Part shown: positions 12,072-24,035 of the stretch, piece by piece | Layout: every line of letters starts with the position of its first letter | How positions within the stretch are numbered: the first letter of the stretch is position 1 | Source: Elsinoe ampelina | Lineage: Eukaryota | Assembly (NCBI GenBank): GCA_010093995.1 | Contig: ML992503.1 | Coordinates: 797,234 to 861,233, forward strand | Direction: 5' to 3' | Length of the DNA stretch: 64,000 nt | Notes under the pieces: model-generated | What the model saw: only the letters and a program-made list of their open reading frames with translations | Databases searched by the model: none | What the model was told of the DNA's origin: nothing | Program-made: the position numbers and the translations under genes

Positions 12072-13862
12072 ATGTTCAAACGCCGGGTGCCTCAGCCCCA
12101 GCAGGAGCAGAAAAGGCAGATTGGGCAGCCGCAACTGCTTCATACAACCTATGACCAGAATAATCTTCTTCCGACTTCATCTGGTCTGACAGCTTCCAAT
12201 GCCCCGTCAGAGTACTTTAGTACACCCGTTGACCATCTGCCGTCTAGCTTATTTCGTTACAGGCGATTTGACTCTTCCCTCGACACTGGCGACGTCTTCA
12301 AGCCTGGTCATCACCGAGACGTCTCATCTGTCTACTCTCGGCCGTCACATGAAGCGCAGCACAACTTCTCTGAATACGCGCCTGCACCGCCCGCCTCATC
12401 CTCGGAATCGTCCATTCCTACCATGTCCGCAACTCTGAGCCAGCCATACTCCGATCTACCATCGATACGAACACCTGACAGTAGTACCATTTCATCGTCC
12501 ACGAAATCGACCGCAGCGCCAGGAAAGAAACCAGTCGCAAGTCATATACCACAACTTGGCAAGTCGAAGCCTATAGAGAAGAGATGGGCTGCACCTTCAG
12601 AAGGGACAACAAAATGGGATCCATATCGTGGAGAACCTGTACGGAATGGGCGAGGAAAGGAGGGATCAGTGAGGCCGGCATCTTTCGAGAAGAAACTGCG
12701 AGGGGATGAGCGCTATGAAGTGTCGGTAACAGGTGGGACACAAGCCGAGAAGCCTAAGAAGCCAACCTGGGGAGAGCGAGCGGCGAAGCTGACAAAGGAC
12801 ACATTTGATGCGAGGCCACCCTGGAAAGGTGGCGGTGGGAGGACTGCTATCGTCGACCCTGTCAAGGACACCGAAGTACCTAGATCATCGCCTAAATTTA
12901 CTGCCAGTCGAGATGTTTCCAAGCCTGGTCTGGAAGAAAGCGAGAGCGTCAGCTCAGTGGCAACGACAAAGAGGTCGGAACGAAACATGTCTCCGGTGTC
13001 TCAGCTTGGTGGGAGATATGACGATGAGAACCAGGTCAAACGCGAGGATTCGACGCAAAATGTTTCCCCGATTGCTACGACCGCGAAGAGCTACTTCACA
13101 CCCCAACAACAAGCACAGACTCCTCAAATTCGACAAGTCTCCAATTCCGTACCCTCCCCAGCTCCTAGCAAGGTCACGCGGAAACCAGTCGGACCTCGAT
13201 CAATGGACAAGGAGAACAGATCACCACAAACACCACAACCAGCCACTACACCACAAGATACACCACAGCAGCAGCAAGCTGGAGGTTTCTGGTCATCTTT
13301 GACAGGCTACAGTCGCCCTCCACCACAAGAGCTTCAGGAAGATCCTGTCAGTCGCTTCAGCTGGACAACAGTGAATACCACGACAACATACCAGCAGGAT
13401 AGTCCGCCGCCGAGTCCACCTCGAGCTCCAGTCCCTCCTTTAGACCGACAAGCATGGCGGAACGTCGGAGCGTCAGCCAAGGCAGAGAAACCTCCGACGC
13501 CTCCTCCTCATGGAGACGAAAAGCAAACAAGCACAAAGTCACTGCCTCCCGCCCCTGGAGTGTCCAAAGCCATGAGCCATATCGAAGTTCTGCTCGCCCA
13601 GGAGAATGATTTGGCTATGAGAAGACGCAATGTGGTCAAAATCATCAAAGAGCTGCAGCAGATCGACAGTGCCAGCCCTCTGGACGTTGATTGGAAGACG
13701 GTCAAGGCGAACAAGAAGAAGCTGGAGGAGCATCAGACACAGCTAGCTGATCTGGAAAGGGAACAGCATGAATTGGGACTGAGCATCGCAAGGGCAAGGA
13801 GAAAGGCCGAGCGTGACGATGGCATCGAGAGCGGACTTTGGGTGAGGAAGATCACAGGGTAA
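12072..13862 (+). CDS. Pro/Ser/Thr-rich hypothetical protein with C-terminal coiled coil
   Basis: 596-aa ORF; RPPWKGGGGR, SRFSWTT, C-terminal heptads ending GLWVRKITG. Confidence 0.75.
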   Translation: MFKRRVPQPQQEQKRQIGQPQLLHTTYDQNNLLPTSSGLTASNAPSEYFSTPVDHLPSSLFRYRRFDSSLDTGDVFKPGHHRDVSSVYSRPSHEAQHNFSEYAPAPPASSSESSIPTMSATLSQPYSDLPSIRTPDSSTISSSTKSTAAPGKKPVASHIPQLGKSKPIEKRWAAPSEGTTKWDPYRGEPVRNGRGKEGSVRPASFEKKLRGDERYEVSVTGGTQAEKPKKPTWGERAAKLTKDTFDARPPWKGGGGRTAIVDPVKDTEVPRSSPKFTASRDVSKPGLEESESVSSVATTKRSERNMSPVSQLGGRYDDENQVKREDSTQNVSPIATTAKSYFTPQQQAQTPQIRQVSNSVPSPAPSKVTRKPVGPRSMDKENRSPQTPQPATTPQDTPQQQQAGGFWSSLTGYSRPPPQELQEDPVSRFSWTTVNTTTTYQQDSPPPSPPRAPVPPLDRQAWRNVGASAKAEKPPTPPPHGDEKQTSTKSLPPAPGVSKAMSHIEVLLAQENDLAMRRRNVVKIIKELQQIDSASPLDVDWKTVKANKKKLEEHQTQLADLEREQHELGLSIARARRKAERDDGIESGLWVRKITG

Positions 13863-14133
13863 TTCATCACGGTCAACTTCGGAGTTGTAGCAGGGATATC
13901 CGTTTGGTCACATGACCTGGGTATGCTAATGGCGGCGTACAGGATGGGGGAACAAGCGGAAAGCGCCCGGCGCGCATTGATTCACATAACGACTTGTAGC
14001 GCTAGGATAATGACACTGTATCTAATGTCGATGACGCCACGCATGATCCCTGAGACCAATTTTCATGGTGAAGCCACTGCCTGCTCTGCCGTCTTCCACT
14101 AACCACCAAAAGACCCTAGACCTTCACCCATTC

Positions 14134-14482
14134 TCATTTCTTGCCGCTCTTCTTGATACCACCTCCACTGAGGGGACCTTTACCGGACGCCTTCTTGGCC
14201 ATTTCCTCCCTCGCCTTCTTGTCTTTGCTGAGTCAGCATCTCGATTTGCCACAACCATCATTGCCGCTTACCAGCTTGTTGCTTGGCCTTGAATGCCTTG
14301 TCTTCTTCGTCCTCTGGAGAATATGAGTATCGTGGAAGGAAATCACCTACTACTAGACGTACCTTCGGTCTTTGCCTTCTTTGGTTTCTTGTTGTGAATT
14401 GGGTTGGTACCCGCTTGGCAAGGTATCAGTGGTCGCCCAGCAGGTATGACAGATCCTACTCACCGCCCTGACCGGATGGCAT
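14134..14482 (-). CDS. TMA7: Translation machinery-associated protein 7 (four short exons; absent from the ORF track)
   Basis: Manual splice gives MPSGQGAGTNPIHNKKPKKAKTEEDEEDKAFKAKQQADKKAREEMAKKASGKGPLSGGGIKKSGKK*. Confidence 0.9.
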
Positions 14483-14937
14483 GTTTACTGATTTGATCGA
14501 GTCTACTTTGATTGAGAGAGTCTCTTTATTGTCAATACGAAATGTGATCTGCCATGTTCATCAATGCGGAACCAGCGGCAGAACCAGTCTCACCGCCTTC
14601 TCCCGACGATCAGATCCTGGTTCCATTGTTCGCAAAGTAAAGACTTAGCGCCCGACCTCCAGATCACTCCGTCAGGGCCAAACTGCTCTCGCGATCGCGG
14701 TTTGCGCGGCTGTTCAACACTGGTCAAAAGTGAATTCGCCTCCCGTCAATGCCGTAGACATCATCAATTACTGTCTGTGACATAAAAAATCCATCGCGCA
14801 ACACTCACCTCCTCGCTTCCACCCCAATGTGCGCCATCCACGACCTCTCATCCTTCACCACCTTACAAGCAGGATAATCAGGCTTTTAGGCCCCCTGGAT
14901 AATCTTCCCACAAGTCCAGTCCTGCCGTTGCGCAGTC

Positions 14938-16258
14938 ATGCCGCCTCCAGCGCTGGACTCGCGGATCCACGCAGCTCAGCCGGCGCTGAAGCATAGACCG
15001 AAAAGCCCCAACAGGGTACTGGCCGAGGCGGAAGAGCAGTGGATATTCGATGAGGGGGAGTTGGCGCGGACGCCGTCGATACAGGATGGCATGTCGATTG
15101 AGAAGGAGAAGGAGTTGCGCGCGAAGGGGATCAATTTTATACGGCAGGTGGGCATTATGCTGAAGCTCCCGGAGTTGACCCTGAGTACTGGAGCTATCTT
15201 TTTCAATCGGTATTTGATGAGGATGAGCTTGGTGGACAAGCCGGGGATGAAGGCGTTGCATCACTATGTGAGTTTACCCTCTTCTTCATGAATTACAGAG
15301 GCGTCCTGGATTTGCTGTTCTACACGCGCATCTTTAGTTCGACATTCACATCGCATACTGACCTTCCAAGACCCTCGGCGCAACCTGTCTATTCCTCGCC
15401 ACCAAGGTTGAAGAATCATGCCGCAAGATGAAAGATATGGTCATCGCTTGCTGTCGAGTTGCGCAAAAGAATCCGAACCTCATCATCGACGAACAAAGCA
15501 AAGACTTCTGGAAATGGCGCGACACGATCTTACTCAACGAGGACGTTCTTCTCGAAACCCTTTGCTTCGACCTCACCATCGAAGCACCGCACAAACAACT
15601 CTTCGAAATGCTCAAACACTACCGGGTCGAGCATAACAAGGCTCTTCGCAATGCTGCTTGGGCCTTTGTCACCGACTCCAACATGACACAACTCTGCCTG
15701 CTCTGCACAAGCCGCACGATCGCTGCTGCAGCCCTCTACGCTGGTGCTCGCCTTTGCAGTGTCAAACTACCCGACACACATTCCCGCCCATGGTGGGAGG
15801 AACAAGGCGTTCCTTTACGCGAAATGATAAAGGCGGCGAACTACATGTCGCAAAATTACGAAACGCCGCCACAGAAGGGTGACGGTACGACAAACGCAAC
15901 GGGCGGGGCGGGCAACGCAAGCATTTACGTAGGTCTTTTCACCGAGCTGGACGGGTCCACAGATGGCGACGAGGAAATGCCATGGGATCTTACCCGGTCG
16001 AGAGGAGACGATGCTGAAGCTGCGCAGGGTATCGGAAGCCCAATGGCGCTTGTGCCGGACTTTGAGAGACGTGGAAGCACTGCAAGTGTGGCAAGCGTGA
16101 AGAGGGCGAGAGAGGACGAAGTGAACGGGGACAGGGAGGTGAAGAAGAGAAAGGTGGACGAGCATGTGAACGGTGCAAATGGAGGGTTGAATGGCAAGGA
16201 GAAAGAGGCGAGGCAAGAAAAGGATGACGCGAGTGAAGAGGGCGAGGTGGAAGAGTGA
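14938..16258 (+). CDS. Transcriptional cyclin (cyclin T/K, Pch1-like)
   Basis: QWIF..ELARTPSIQDG, RAKGINFIRQVGIMLKLP, LFLATKVEE, LLETLCFDL; one intron ~15268-15370. Confidence 0.9.
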
Positions 16259-16604
16259 TTGGCTCGGACATGAGTAGTTTGATGTTCTCCACGATTGATA
16301 TTGCATCAGCGACGGCGTTGCGGCGCGAGGAGGGCGACAGGCTCTGGAAAGGACAAGGGTCTTCTTGTAGCAGGGTCGATACCCTCCTGTATTCTTACAG
16401 TAATTCGTTTGACGAATCGAATCGAAAATATTGAATCAAGCAATTCCCACAAGTATATCAACCCCTGGCGTTCTCAACCCGCCTGAATCGTCTGTAGCTT
16501 TGTCTGACCATCGCATCCCAAGGGTTAGGGTTCAAAATCTCCATCCTCACATCCAAAGCAGCGCAACACATCCCGAGTTCACAGCCAGCACATCAATCGC
16601 AAGC

Positions 16605-17659
16605 ATGTCCTTTCTCACACCCTCAATCCGGTCACCCGTGTGCTCCTCCTGCACACGCCGTATCCTCGCCTTCATCTCCCCCGCCACGTCCCAGCCATGG
16701 ACGCAACAAACCCGGCATAAATCCTCCAAAAGGCGCTCCGTAAAAGGACCAGACCACATCACTGTGCGCCTCAACCGGGACGTGCCCGGGTTTGGAAGAA
16801 AAGGTACACATTTCCACCCCTCACTTCTCCTCCCACCCATCCCCCTGTGACCCCCCTTCATATCCTCCCTACCCGTCCTCCTTCATATCCTCCCTCCCCG
16901 TCCTCCTCCATATCCTCCCTCCCTTCCACCCTCCCCACCATCTCCCTCCACGCCCCTCAGCTGACACACACACGCGTAACAGGCTCCTACGTCCCCATCT
17001 CCCAAGGCCACATGCGCAACACATGGCACCCCGCCTCCATCGCCTCGTACATCTCCCCGGCCGAACGCTCCTCCATCCAAACCCGCAACATCCCCGTGCA
17101 ACGCGACGTGCTCTTCATGGCCGAAGCGATGGCCGCGTCGGGCGGCATGTCGAAAAGGAGGCAGGCGGCTATTGACGCTGCCGTCAGGGCGGCGGGGGGG
17201 ACGATGACTGCTTCTTCGCCGACGCCGGGAGAAGGGGAAGGGGATGCGGCGGAGAGGGGAGTGGTGGGGAGGGGAGCAGGGGGCGGGGCCCAGGTGCAGG
17301 TGCAGGCTGTGCCTGCGAAGAGGGCGTTGGAGTTGATGTCGGTGCTGGTGCCGGGACGGATGGATTTCAGGAGGCAGGTGCAGGAGGGGGGGAGGGGGAT
17401 ATTTGGGTCGGTGTCGGTGGGGGATGTGGTGGAGAGGGTGAGGGATGTGTTGGGCGGGAACGAAGAGGCGAGTAGGATTGTGATTGGAGAGGAGCATGTG
17501 AGGTTTGTGGAGACAGAGGCGGAGGGAGGGAAGGTCAAGACACTAGGGCAGTTCAAGGTGGAGATTGGGGTCAAAGGGGCGGAGGGAACGGTGGCGAGGA
17601 CGGTCAGAGTGATGCCCGCCGAGGAGAAGGAGAAGGAACAGGGGAGACTGGTGAATTGA
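16605..17659 (+). CDS. Mitochondrial ribosomal protein L9 (bL9m)-like
   Basis: Presequence-like N-terminus; ITVRLNRDVPGFGRKG/SYVPISQGHMRN; C-terminal IFGSVS and KVKTLGQF; intron ~16804-16982. Confidence 0.85.
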
Positions 17660-17809
17660 AGTGTTTGATTCCTGGTGTTGTGTTGTACAGCTACTTTTGG
17701 TGTCTAATGGAGACTTGGACGACTGAACCTTCTGCGTTAGTCGTCGCATGATACGCGAATTGAAAGTTATTCATGATTGAGTCAATGTCATCTCCCCCAA
17801 CTGCATTCC

Positions 17810-17987
17810 AGATCGTGCACGCTGTGTGAACAATGCACGTCTGTCAGAAAGATTGACCCCTGCGAAAAACATTGACCATCTAGACCTTGCATGCTGTGTG
17901 AACAATGCCTGTCTGTAGGCACCATTGACTTCTTAGACCATGCATGTGCTATGTGGACAATGCGTGTCTGTAGAAAGTCGTGACCCC
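17810..17987. repeat. Degenerate minisatellite, three copies of a ~50-70 bp unit
   Basis: Core GCTRTGTGRACAATGC..GTCTGT at 17821, 17893 and 17948. Confidence 0.8.
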
Positions 17988-18128
17988 CTCGTGAGGACCT
18001 GCTCAGCACTGTTGCAAACGTATCTCACCTGGACCACTCAGACCTTTTGATGTCGATGCTCTGAAATGCTCGAGGCTCTCTATTGATGGTAAGAAAAGGT
18101 TCTTGCTCCTGAATTGGAGCGGTAGTAT

Positions 18129-19520
18129 TCACCAGTAGTCCCTTCCGCCATACGAACCTCCGCCGCCGCCGCCGTAACCACGGTCTCTGCGAGGTGGACT
18201 GCGCGGGGGACCGCCGTATGGCTCACGACCATGTCCGTTGGCGTATGGGTCGTCAGGAGGGTAGCGTCCTCCACCACGTGGGGCGGGAGGGGCTCCGTAG
18301 GGGTCATCAGGCGGGTACCTGCCGCCACGAGCTGGTGGGGGATAATCGTCGACAGGGGGAGGTCCACGAGCACGAGGAGGCGAGCGGGGTGGATAAGGGT
18401 CAGGGGCGCGACGGTCGTAGTAGTAGTCACGAGGCGGAGTGCGACGGCGGTAGTCATCGCGGCGAGGGCTGTAGCCGCGAGGAGGAGGACGACGGTCGTA
18501 GTAGTAGTCGTCCGGGGGTGGTCCTCCATACCCACGTCGAGGTGGCGGCGAGCGAGACCTGAAGCGGTCGCGTGGTGGAGGTGGTGGTCCACGGGGAATT
18601 TCTGACTGAGTGTCGGAAACGCAGTTTACCGGACCGCCCTTGAAGTCAGTGTTGTCAAGCTTCTCCACAGCGTTCGCAAGGTCGTCGGCGGTCTCATACT
18701 CGACAAATCCCCTGGCGTTGTTCGGATTGTCACGGTCGCGACCAACTTCTGAGTAAACGACGTCCAGACCTGGCTGACGCGCAAAGTCCTTGAGGTCCTG
18801 CCATAGTCAGTCGACCTGTTCGTGAACAAAAAAGTGCAGAAAAGCAAGAGCAGATGTGCATGGGGGCCGTGCAACCGTATGTCTGTAGCGCCGACGAGAA
18901 GATCTTTTGCGACTCACCTGCCAGCTGGTCTCAGGGGGCAGTCCGTGAATGGTCATGCGGTGGACGGTGCGGCGAGGTCGAGGGGGAGCCCTGTGAGAAG
19001 GACCATCGTACTCGCGAGCAGGCTTATTTCCGCCGCGCGCGAACTGGACGACCAAGCGCTCACCCATGAAGTCGGATCCATCTGTTGTCATGTGAGTGGG
19101 GTTAAAGAAAGGAGTTCTCGCGAGACGTACGGAATGCTGTATCGAGTCAGTACATGTCAGCCGACGGCAAGGTGTGAGTAATAATACAGGGATGAGGCTC
19201 ACCAGGGACGACATCACGAGCGTCCATAGAATCCTTGTACTCGACGAAGCCGAAACCATTCATGAGCTTGATTTCAACAATCTCTCCGGTTCCATGAGTC
19301 GCGAAATGTGCAGCGACATCCGATTTTGTGGCTAAAGGATTCCAGTCAGTCCAATTGTCCCGGGGTCAAGCTGAACCATGGTGGAAATCCAATGGAGCGC
19401 CAGTCCAGACAGCATGTCCATGTTGTGCAGAAAGATTCCTCATTCCAAGATCAGAAGGTGTAGCATACCGTTACGTGGAAGGTTGCCCAAGTAGAGCCTG
19501 GTAGCAGAGACGTCACCCAT
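18129..19520 (-). CDS. SR-family pre-mRNA splicing factor (two RRMs, R/P/Y-rich tail)
   Basis: MGDVSATRLYLGNLPR, GFGFVEY, GERLVVQFARG, SWQDLKDFAR pseudo-RRM; several introns. Confidence 0.9.
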
Positions 19521-19957
19521 GATGGAGGGTCCGGCGTCCTGCCAGATATGGAGCTGCTCCTATGTTCAATACCCGGTCGGTCAAATTGTAGTGATCCTTG
19601 CGATCGCGACAGAAGCAGTTTTGGAGCCGAAGCGATAAAATATGGATGGGTGAAAGTGAGGTGGAGAGTGACGGTTGAGCGCGATGAAAAACTGGAAGCT
19701 CGCGAAAAGGAAGCTGGACAAAGTCAGGCCCGTGCGCAGTGACAGCTTTCAGCCAATCAACTGGAGAGGAAGAGGCTCCGTCATCGACTTCTCACATGTT
19801 GCCGAGGAACGCATTGCATCGGCCTTTTGTGTGGGGGAATCAATCAACCATGGATTTATTTCACTCCTGGATGTGTTCCTCCTCATTCCAACTCGCTCAA
19901 GGTTCCTTCGCAGCTTTTTCCTTCTCGGTATCGACTTGACCAAGCCCGAGGCTCACC

Positions 19958-21905
19958 ATGGCGGCCAGACAACCCACCGCTCGGGTCTTGCAGAGCCTTC
20001 GGTTACCTGCACGACCTGCAGCTCCACGATGCAGTCAACCCCATCTCGTCAGTGGCGTTCAAGCACGACTCCGATCAACACAAACATTCCGACCAGCTGT
20101 CGTAAGAGCGGGACAACGAAGGGCATTCACACAGTCAAGCAAGAGACGATTGGCTTCAGTAGACGACAGCTTCGATCCAAACTCGATAGAACGGGAGAGT
20201 GACCAAGTAGACGTCTGCATTGTGGGTGGTGGGCCGGCTGGACTGAGTGCAGCGATCCGACTGAAGCAGCTCGCGAACGATGCTGGCAATGAGGATTTCA
20301 GGGTGCTTCTACTGGAGAAGGCGGGCGAGCTTGGTGATCACATCGTCTCTGGCAATGTGGTCGAGCCATCAGCTCTGAACGAGCTTTTACCCGACTGGAA
20401 CACCGAGGACAACCCAAATCGATTCGAGAACATAACGCCAGCGACCGAGGATCGTATGCGCTTCTTGACCAAGAACAAGTCATTCTGGTTACCTACACCA
20501 CCCCAAATGAATAATCATGGCAACTACATCATCTCGCTCAACCAGTTCTCAAAATGGCTGGGCGAAAGGGCAGAAGAAGTTGGAGTGGAGATATATCCTG
20601 GCTTCGCAGCATCAGAGGTGCTCTACACGCCTGATGGCTCCGTGCGGGGTGTGGCCACGAATGATCTGGGAGTCGGCAGGGATGGCAAGCCCAAGGACTC
20701 TTTCGAGCGCGGGATGGAGTTCCATGCTCGAGTGACTCTACTGGCAGAAGGTTGCCACGGTAGCTTGACAAAGCAAGTGATCAAAAAGTTTGACCTGCGA
20801 AGAGACAGCGAGCCACAAACATACGGTCTGGGTATCAAGGAAGTATGGGAGATTGATCCCGCCAAGTGGAAGAAAGGTCTGGTAGCACATTCTATGGGCT
20901 ACCCACTTCCAAAGGACGTCTATGGTGGAGGATGGATGTATCACTTTGGTGAGAATCTGGTCAGCATTGGTCTCGTTGTTGGTCTTGACTACAAGAACCC
21001 TTGGCTGGCCCCATACGGCGAATTCCAGAAGATGAAGCATCACCCGATGTACTCGCAGTATTTGGAGGGAGGGAAGGTTCTATCGTACGCGGCGCGAACA
21101 CTCAATGAGGGCGGTTTCCAATCGATACCGAAATGTGCTTTCCCTGGTGGAGCACTCATCGGAGACACAGCCGGGTTCCTCAATGTGCCGAAAATCAAGG
21201 GCACGCACACGGCCATGCGATCAGGCATGCTTGCAGCTGAGGCAGCGTACACTGCGCTTGCTGAAGCCGATAAGGAGAGCTCGGTCTTCCTGTACGACTA
21301 CGAGGACAAGCTTCGCAGCTCTACTATTTGGAAAGAGCTCAAGGAAGTCCGCAACATGCGACCATCGTTCCATTCTCCTCTTGGACTCTACGGTGGTGTC
21401 ATGTATTCTGGACTCGAAGCATTCATCCTGCGTGGAAAGGAGCCCTGGACCTTCAAGCACGGCGGTACCGATGCGGCAGCGACTGAGTCTGCCGATAGCC
21501 ACAAGAAGATAGAGTACCCCAAGCCGGACAACAAGATCAGCTTCGACATCCTGACCAGCGTAAGCCGGACTGGTACGATCCACGAAGAGGATGAGCCTTG
21601 CCATTTGTATGTCAAGGACTGGGACAAGCATACCGAGGAAGCCTATCCCAAGTACAAGGGTGTCGAGAACCGCTTTTGTCCTGCCGGTGTGTACGAGTAT
21701 GTCGAGGACGAGAGCAAGCCACTAGGAGTGAGGTTCCAGATCAATTCCCAGAAGTAAGTCCCCGGCATTTTCGGGTGAATGACACAATACTGACTCAATG
21801 CTCAGCTGTATCCATTGCAAGACTTGTGACATCAAAGTGCCTACTCAGGACATCACATGGAAGACGCCACAAGGAGGCGAAGGACCAAAATACTCAATGA
21901 CCTAG
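19958..21905 (+). CDS. CIR2: Electron transfer flavoprotein-ubiquinone oxidoreductase
   Basis: [41 protein letters not shown]; spliced [11 protein letters not shown]e-S motif. Confidence 0.96.
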
Positions 21906-22264
21906 TCGGTCTTGGGTGAGCATATTTATGTAAACATATGGATTGGCCATTGTCAGAATTCCAATGTACGACAGAGGGAACAAAATTCATGTACAGAATA
22001 GAAACAAAGCATTGCAAACACGAAATTACTGCCAGACCGCATCGACCATAGCTGCAAAAGTGGTCGTGTGCTGGTGGGGTGTTGATCCCCACCATGGAAA
22101 AATAGCGGGGCAAACAACCTCACTCACGAGACTTGCATCTTCTTTTCGCCTCACAACACACCTTACAATACCACATCTACAACACCCAATTGCAACTGAT
22201 CACCACCACAGCACCCGTTACCACCCACTCCCTCCCCAAGTGATCACAAACCCCCCCGGCCAGC

Positions 22265-23869
22265 ATGTCTACAATCCCCACCGCCCCCTCCCTCTCAGCC
22301 ATCTACCCCCCCTCCGCCCTCCCCTTCCAATCCCCACGCTGGACCCGCCTCCTCTCCACCTTTTCCACCACCTTCTCCCGCCCAGCGACATTCGTCTCGC
22401 GCTCCCCCGGCCGCGTGAACCTCATCGGGGAACACATCGACTACTCGCTCTACCCCGTGATCCCAATGGCGGTGGAGCAGGACGTGTTGTTGGCTGTCGG
22501 GGTGAGGGCTCGGTCTTCTGACGAAGGGTCTGGGGATGGAGATGGGGCTTCGGGGAAGGGGACCAGGATCCGCCTGCGGAATCTGGACGGGGAGAGGTTC
22601 GCGCCGCATGAGTTCGAGGTCGGGAGCGACGGGCGGGTGCGGATTGATTCGTCCAGGCTGGAGTGGAGTAATTACTTCAAGGCAGGGATGCGTGGGGCGT
22701 TGGAGTTGTTGGGGAAACTAGGGCATGCTGGGCTGCAGGGAGTGGATCTGGATGTGTTGGCTACTGGCACCGTGCCTGCTGGTGGCGGGATGAGTTCCTC
22801 TGCTGCGTTTGTGTGCGCGGCTGCGTTGGCTGTGGTGCGTGCCGCCGGGGTGGAGGAGGTGGATAAGAAGGCGTTGGTTGAGACGGCGGTGGTGTCGGAG
22901 AGATCGGTGGGGGTGAATTCCGGGGGGATGGATCAGAGCGCGTCGGTGTTTGGGGAGAGGGGGAGTGCGTTGTATGTCAAGTTTGTGCCGGAGTTGGAGG
23001 CCAGGGCGGTCGAGTTTCCGGAGCTCAAGGAGCCGTTGACGTTTGTGGTGGCGCAGAGTTTGGTGGCGGCGGATAAGCATGTGAGTGCGCCCGTGTGTTA
23101 TAATCTGAGGGTGGTGGAGTGTACCTTGGCGAGTCTGGTGTTGGGGAAGATCACTGGGGTGCAAGGCAAGATGAAGGGGGATAAGAGTCCGCTTGGAATG
23201 GCGCTGAGGACGTTTCATGATGCGTTCCTTGAAGGGAAGGAGAAGGAGGATGGCACCGAGGGGGAGAAGAAGCAGTTGGAGCAGTTGTTGAAGTTGGTGG
23301 ATGACTATTTGCCACAGGAGGAGGGATATACGAGGGAACAGATCTCGGATATCTTGGGCACGTCAATCAAGGAGTTGGAGGAGAAATACATGACCAAATT
23401 CCCAGTGCGAGCGGAGAGGTTCAAGCTGAGGCATAGGGCTATACACGTCTTCTCGGAAGCGTTACGGGTCATGAACTTCCTGGCTCTGATTGAGGGATCT
23501 ACGCCAACGACCGACGAAGAGGGCAAGGAGCTGGTCAAGGATCTCGGAGACTTGCTCAACCAAACGCAAGACAGTTGCAGGGATGTCTTCGAGTGCAGCT
23601 GTCCAGAGCTGGACGAACTTTGCACTCTGGCAAGATCAGCAGGGGCAGTGGGCAGTAGATTGACTGGAGCTGGATGGGGAGGCTGCAGTGTTCATCTTGT
23701 ACCTGCAGATAAGGTCGACGCTGTGAAGGAGGCTTGGACAGAGAAGTTCTACAAGAAGCGATTCCCAGATATCAGTGAGGAGAAGCTAAGTGAGGCTATC
23801 GTGGTCAGCAAGCCTGGCAAGGGTAGCTGTCTGGTTGAGGTTGAGGGCAGAGAGAGCATACCTGAATAA
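22265..23869 (+). CDS. GAL1: Galactokinase
   Basis: SPGRVNLIGEHIDY, GGGMSSSAA, GVNSGGMDQ, GSRLTGAGWGG. Confidence 0.95.
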   Translation: MSTIPTAPSLSAIYPPSALPFQSPRWTRLLSTFSTTFSRPATFVSRSPGRVNLIGEHIDYSLYPVIPMAVEQDVLLAVGVRARSSDEGSGDGDGASGKGTRIRLRNLDGERFAPHEFEVGSDGRVRIDSSRLEWSNYFKAGMRGALELLGKLGHAGLQGVDLDVLATGTVPAGGGMSSSAAFVCAAALAVVRAAGVEEVDKKALVETAVVSERSVGVNSGGMDQSASVFGERGSALYVKFVPELEARAVEFPELKEPLTFVVAQSLVAADKHVSAPVCYNLRVVECTLASLVLGKITGVQGKMKGDKSPLGMALRTFHDAFLEGKEKEDGTEGEKKQLEQLLKLVDDYLPQEEGYTREQISDILGTSIKELEEKYMTKFPVRAERFKLRHRAIHVFSEALRVMNFLALIEGSTPTTDEEGKELVKDLGDLLNQTQDSCRDVFECSCPELDELCTLARSAGAVGSRLTGAGWGGCSVHLVPADKVDAVKEAWTEKFYKKRFPDISEEKLSEAIVVSKPGKGSCLVEVEGRESIPE

Positions 23870-24035
23870 TGGGCTGACCAAACCTCAACACATGTACATA
23901 GCAAATCACCGCCAGAGTCTGAATGACTGGCACTTTAGAGTCGTGTAGTGTCTGCAAAGATCTGTATCACCCCGATTGCTGGTAGGGGTTGATCTTCTCT
24001 ATCTTATATATACATATACCTACCTTATTGTACAA

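Noticed and set aside
22265..23869. GAL gene cluster
   Set aside because: No GAL7 or GAL10 neighbours; the SDR at 49 kb is 3-beta-HSD-like and distant.
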